The notes beneath the pieces were generated by a model, which was not told the DNA's origin, made no database searches, and worked only from the letters and a program-made list of their open reading frames with translations. The translations under genes were made by a program, and so were the position numbers. This document shows, one piece after another, positions 59,742 to 64,000 of a stretch of 64,000 nt of DNA. Source of the stretch: an uncultured bacterium (GTDB taxonomy: Bacteria; Bacillota_I; Bacilli_A; RFN20; CAG-826); contig CASGAD010000011.1 of the NCBI GenBank assembly GCA_949299335.1, positions 29,162-93,161 of the forward strand, given 5' to 3'. Within the stretch, counting starts at the first letter, position 1, and each line of letters starts with the position of its first letter.

Positions 59742-61748
59742 ATGAAACTAAAAAATAAGATTACATTAATTGGATTATGTGCGTTATCTCTTGGCTTTAT
59801 GGCAAGTTGTTCAACGACGACTCCTGTTAATGATGAAACTAGTGATGTCGATAAAACTCCAGCTGCAACAATTGCTATTGAAGGTACTAATAAAATTGAA
59901 GTTGGTGGAGAAACTCAATTATCTTTAAAAATGTCTGGAATAGAAAGAAGCTCATTTGTTTGGGAATCTTCAGATACTAAAGTTGCTACAGTTAAAGATG
60001 GCCGAGTTATTGGTATTGCTCCAGGCACTGTCACTATTAAAGCTACTTCTATCGAAGATTTAACCCTTGAAGCTAGTTACGAAGTAACAGTAGTTAAAGA
60101 TCTTGATGGTAAATATAAAGTTAGTTTTGTTGATTATGATGGAACTCTATTATATGAAACTTATGTTGAAGAGGGTGGCACAGCTACTTATAAAGGAAAC
60201 GAACCAACTAGATTAAATTCAGCTAGCGTTTTATATAAATTTATCGGATGGGATAAAGATTTAACTGATATTAGTGCTAATACAGTAATTAAAGCTGTCT
60301 ATTCAGAAAGTGATTTTGGCGACTATTTCTTTGAAAATATCGGCACAACTTATAAATTTATTGGCTATAGTGGTGAAGATGAAACTTTAGTTATTCCTAC
60401 TTCGTTTAATGGAATTGCTGTTACATCTATTGGTAGCAAAGTTTTAGCAGGCAATACTTTTGTTAAAAAGATTGTCATTCCTCAAGGAATCGATACAATT
60501 GAGGCAAATGCTTTTGAAGCTACTGAAAATTTAGAAGAAGTTACAATACCTAATAGTGTTTACACTTTTGGAGATAAAATCTTCTACAATTGCAAAAAAT
60601 TAACTACCGTTACAATTGAAGAAGGTGTTAATAAACTTAGTTCAGGTATGTTCCAAGCCTGTGAAGCTATAAAGAATATTGAATTACCAGATACTTTAAC
60701 AGAAATTGGTGAGAACTGTTTCTTTATGAGCGGATTAGAAGAAATTACTATTCCTGAAAATATAACTATGATTGGCGCTAGTGCGTTTTCAAATTGTAGC
60801 AATTTAGTTAGTGCAACAATTAAGGCAAACATCACTGATTTACCTAGTAGTTTATTCTCATCATGTAAAAATTTAGCTACTATTAATTTTGAAGGAAACG
60901 TTACTTCCTTGGGCATGGCATTTGCGATGAGTTGTGTTGCTTTGACTTCAGTTACTTTCCCAGATACGTTAACAACAGTAGGTGATAGAGCTTTCTCAGG
61001 ATGTACAGCACTTGAAACTATTACAATTGGCAAAGAAACATCTGATTTTGGTGAAGATTCATTAAAAAATGTTCCGGCATTAAATGATGGCGGAAGTGGT
61101 ATAAAGTTTAAAGAAGATGATACTACTCATAAAATTGAAGATGGAATTTTATATTCAAAAGATGGAACTAAGATTACTTATGTTTTAGATAAGACAGTTG
61201 TTCCTACAACCTTAAATTTTAAAGAATTGGGTGTAGTCGAAATTGGAAGCTATGCTTTCTTGGATACAAAAACTATCACAGCTATTGATTTAGATGGAGT
61301 TAAATCTATTGGAGCACATGCTTTTGATGGATGTTCTGGAGTAACTGGTGAATTAGTAATTCCTGAAAGTTGTGTAGATGTCGGCTTAGGCGCCTTTGAG
61401 TACATGAGCAAAATCACAAGTATTGATATTCAAACATTATTTGGTGAATCAAAGACCATTCCAGAAGAAATATTTAGAAATTGTACTAGTGTAACTACAG
61501 CTCATATTCCATCTGGAATTACAACTATTAGTTTAAGAGCATTTGGTTGGATGGGAACTAAATTTACATCAGTTAACATTCCTAAATCAGTTACATACAT
61601 TGGTAACTATGCTTTCCAATCAAATAAAAATTTAATTATTACTTACGAAGGTACAGAGGAAGAATGGAAAAATGTTGTGTTAGATGGAACTTATGCAATT
61701 CCTAGTGCACAACTTAAGACAATGGTCTTCGCTGGAGAAGGAGAATAA
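59742..61748 (+). CDS. Surface lipoprotein paralog: Big_2, Listeria-Bacteroides repeat and BspA-type LRR
   Basis: FMASCSTTTP lipobox. Same architecture as the upstream gene (YKVSFVDYDGTLLYETYVEEGGTATYKGNEPTRL..YKFIGWDKDL), then LRR_5 repeats. Confidence 0.7.
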   Translation: MKLKNKITLIGLCALSLGFMASCSTTTPVNDETSDVDKTPAATIAIEGTNKIEVGGETQLSLKMSGIERSSFVWESSDTKVATVKDGRVIGIAPGTVTIKATSIEDLTLEASYEVTVVKDLDGKYKVSFVDYDGTLLYETYVEEGGTATYKGNEPTRLNSASVLYKFIGWDKDLTDISANTVIKAVYSESDFGDYFFENIGTTYKFIGYSGEDETLVIPTSFNGIAVTSIGSKVLAGNTFVKKIVIPQGIDTIEANAFEATENLEEVTIPNSVYTFGDKIFYNCKKLTTVTIEEGVNKLSSGMFQACEAIKNIELPDTLTEIGENCFFMSGLEEITIPENITMIGASAFSNCSNLVSATIKANITDLPSSLFSSCKNLATINFEGNVTSLGMAFAMSCVALTSVTFPDTLTTVGDRAFSGCTALETITIGKETSDFGEDSLKNVPALNDGGSGIKFKEDDTTHKIEDGILYSKDGTKITYVLDKTVVPTTLNFKELGVVEIGSYAFLDTKTITAIDLDGVKSIGAHAFDGCSGVTGELVIPESCVDVGLGAFEYMSKITSIDIQTLFGESKTIPEEIFRNCTSVTTAHIPSGITTISLRAFGWMGTKFTSVNIPKSVTYIGNYAFQSNKNLIITYEGTEEEWKNVVLDGTYAIPSAQLKTMVFAGEGE

Positions 61749-61753
61749 AAAAA

Positions 61754-63501
61754 TGCGACACATCAAAAATTTATTAATTTTAACATTATTATGTAGTTCT
61801 GCAGGGTTTTTAACAAATTGTTCATGCAGTTCTAATGTTATTGCTGAAGATTCAATATCAATAAAATTAGATGAACCTTATTTAAACATGAGTATAAACT
61901 CTACTCAAACTATTGATGTAACTGTTTCTTTTGATGATGTCGCAATTTCAATTGATAATTCAAATATTGTCTCAGCAACTTATTTTGAAAAACAGCTTAC
62001 GCTCACTTCTAGTAATAATAGTGGTACATGTCGAATCAAAATATATAAAGAAAGTGATGAAACAATTTTTAAAGATATTTTAGTAGTCGTTAGTAAAGAA
62101 ACAACGACTACTGAATTATCAATATTAAATGAAGGCACAACTACTTATAAGCTTGGAGAAACATTCACTAGAAACGGATTAGAAGTTGCCTTAGTTACTA
62201 AGGAAGGCGAAAATGTAATTAATACTTTAAGACTTGATGATTATGAAGTGTTTTTGTCAATTGAAGAGGGTACAACTTTAGATACAATTGGCAAAAGAAC
62301 AATATATGTTTCAACTTTGGATCCTCAACTTACCCCAATTAGTTATGAAATAGAAGTTGTAGAAAATGAGCTTTATCCATTAAAACGACTTACTAATATG
62401 TTTAAAAATGAGAATTATACTATTAGTTTTAGAGCAGATTATAATTCTTTAATGACAATTGAAGGTAAATTATTATTCAATCAAAATTACTTTATTAATA
62501 CCTATATGGATCTTTACTTTGCTAAAGATAATAATGGAGTTTTTAAATTTGAATATAGTGATGATACATCTTCAACAGCTTCAATTGTCACCAGTAATGG
62601 CTATTTTGATGATGTAGAAAATGCTACTTTATACGATGTAGTCGGGCTTTTTTCATCAACTATCGGATTAAGTGATTTTAAAGATAGTTATTATGATGAA
62701 GTAAAAGTAAGTGGAAGTACATACACTTTTTCTAATAAAGATTTATTAACATTATTTTGGAATAATACTTTAGGATTTAATGGAGTTGCTTCTGAATTAA
62801 ATTTAAGTGTAGAAGAAGATGCCATTTCTTATGTAATTTATGGAAAATTAAATAACGGATTAGTTTTAACTTTTACTGGAGCTATCTATGATATTGGTGA
62901 AACTAAAGAAGAAAGAATTGAAACTTATTTAAATCATACTCATAGCGTTAATAAAATTAAAAATACAACCGTTGATACATTAGTTAGTGGCTTTAGAAGC
63001 TGCAATTATACTTTCGCTGAAGACAGTTTTAATATTTATGTCACCCCAACTTTTGTTTTTATTGAAGATGCTTTTGAAGAAGGTAGTGGAACGGGATTGA
63101 TCGAAAGAGATGATGGAGTATATAACTTTACTATAACTGATAAAGTTTTAACTTTAGGATCTAAATCAAGTGGATTAAACTCTATTGAAGATAGTATTTA
63201 TAACTTTGATAATTATTCATTATTTGATGAAAGTGAAGTTACTTCTTTCTATACATCTTCATATTATGGAGGTTATATTAACTTTAATACAGTCGCAGCA
63301 AAAGAATTAACAGCCAATTTCTTTAAGATAATATATGGCGATTTATCTAATCACACACCTTTTGCTTCCATATTTAGTAGTGATTCAACATTAAGTAAAG
63401 CTACTTTAGATGTTTATTTAAAAACATCAAGTGGTGGTATGACTTATGTGGAAGGTGATTTTATTAATATTGGATCAACTAGTGTTGATTATATAAAATA
63501 A
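61754..63501 (+). CDS. Surface lipoprotein (582 aa) with Ig-like N-terminal domains
   Basis: Start chosen at ATG 61754 (MRHIKNLLILTLLCSSAGFLTNCSCS, lipobox; RBS GGAGAAGGAGAA) rather than the listed 61684, which overlaps the upstream gene. Big_3-like TYKLGETFTRNGLEVALVTKEGENV. Confidence 0.6.
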
Positions 63502-63520
63502 TAATTAGAAACTTTATTAA

Positions 63521-63550
63521 AAAATGGGTATTGGAAAATATCCATTTTTT
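63521..63550 (+). terminator. Rho-independent terminator closing the five-gene lipoprotein array
   Basis: AAATGGGTAT-tggaaa-ATATCCATTT hairpin followed by TTTTT. Confidence 0.6.
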
Positions 63551-63667
63551 AATAAAAAAACATAAGTTTTGCAGTGATTATTAATTAAAAGCAGACCTAG
63601 TTTTCATTACAATGTTGCTTTTTATTTTCTTTTGGTATTAAATTTTTAAGGTTGAGAGGGAGAAAGT

Positions 63668-64000
63668 ATGAAGCAATTTAAAGCAAAACAAAAGAAGAGT
63701 TTATTTAAAAAAATATTAATTATTACAGGTACTACTTTATTAGTAATACTTGTTGCTGGCGTAAGCACAATATTTGGTTTATGGGGAAATGAGATTAGCA
63801 CAGTTTGCTCAATTAAAAAGATTGATGATGCTAGTGAAAAGAATAATGCCGGACCAGTTTATGAAATGACTGTTTCTGGAGGTTATTATTTTGATAAATT
63901 TATTGAAAATGGTGGAGCATCAAGTGATTCAGAATTAATTGATTTTATTGTTGATAATATTTCAAAGGGTATTTTACCTATTTCGCTTAATTCACCTACA
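63668..64000 (+). CDS. Membrane-anchored protein, 3'-partial (runs off the window)
   Basis: MKQFKAKQKKSLFKKILIITGTTLLVILVAGV (signal-anchor), then a soluble domain. RBS GAGAGGGAGAAAG. Confidence 0.4.
   Translation, partial: MKQFKAKQKKSLFKKILIITGTTLLVILVAGVSTIFGLWGNEISTVCSIKKIDDASEKNNAGPVYEMTVSGGYYFDKFIENGGASSDSELIDFIVDNISKGILPISLNSPT

Noticed and set aside
61684-61753. Upstream ATG start for the last array lipoprotein
   Set aside because: It would overlap the preceding gene by 65 nt and place 23 non-signal residues before the signal peptide. ATG 61754 has an RBS and gives a proper lipoprotein leader.
1-64000. Possibility that the organism uses genetic code 4 (TGA=Trp), suggested by mycoplasma-like features and an in-frame TGA in the EamA gene
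   Set aside because: Many ORFs of 600-1065 aa are uninterrupted under the standard code, TGG is used throughout for Trp, and apart from the truncated EamA gene no long ORF requires read-through of an internal TGA. The EamA TGA is therefore a lesion, not recoding.
1-64000. CRISPR arrays, IS elements, integrases, prophage or defence-system genes
   Set aside because: No periodically spaced direct repeats, and no transposase, recombinase or nuclease-like ORFs were found anywhere in the window.

Overview
AT-rich (~30% GC) bacterial chromosomal window read with the standard genetic code: long intact ORFs, TGG used for Trp, and genes ending in TAA/TAG. Many lipoproteins (lipobox Cys after a signal peptide), a membrane H+/Na+ pyrophosphatase, CIRCE operators in front of clpB and desulfoferrodoxin suggest a cell-wall-less or low-GC Firmicutes-type anaerobe (Acholeplasma/Anaeroplasma/Erysipelotrichia-like). 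This taxonomic placement is inference only.

Layout:
- A 5'-partial lipoprotein, a flavodoxin/4Fe-4S protein, a disrupted SDR gene and a GH43-like hydrolase.
- hppA, then clpB preceded by two tandem CIRCE elements and a consensus promoter, then an ECF-type sigma factor with an overlapping single-pass membrane partner and an acidic lipoprotein.
- pit plus a DUF47 regulator, followed by a 390-bp unexplained non-coding island and a bidirectional terminator, then convergent desulfoferrodoxin.
- A glycan-utilisation cluster: divergent GH2; a LytTR response regulator and AgrC-type kinase; a lipoprotein, a lipoprotein GH78 rhamnosidase, a lipoprotein, a membrane-anchored GH3 and a small membrane protein.
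- XRE and TrmB regulators, an MFS transporter, an SGNH hydrolase and a GNAT acetyltransferase.
- A 1065-aa repeat lipoprotein, followed by a tightly packed operon of two paralogous HExxHxxGxxD (M6/InhA-like) metallopeptidase lipoproteins, two unknown lipoproteins and a 953-aa Big_2 lipoprotein.
- A gene-decay zone around tRNA-Leu(CAA): a frameshifted LytTR-regulator remnant fused to an N-truncated EamA transporter with an in-frame TGA, plus a lipoprotein gene carrying a TAA nonsense codon and an A7 frameshift.
- A five-gene array of Big_2/Big_3/Listeria-Bacteroides-repeat/BspA-LRR surface lipoproteins.

No CRISPR array, rRNA, transposase or integrase was seen. Three of the disruptions sit in homopolymer tracts, so sequencing error cannot be separated from real decay or phase variation using this sequence alone.
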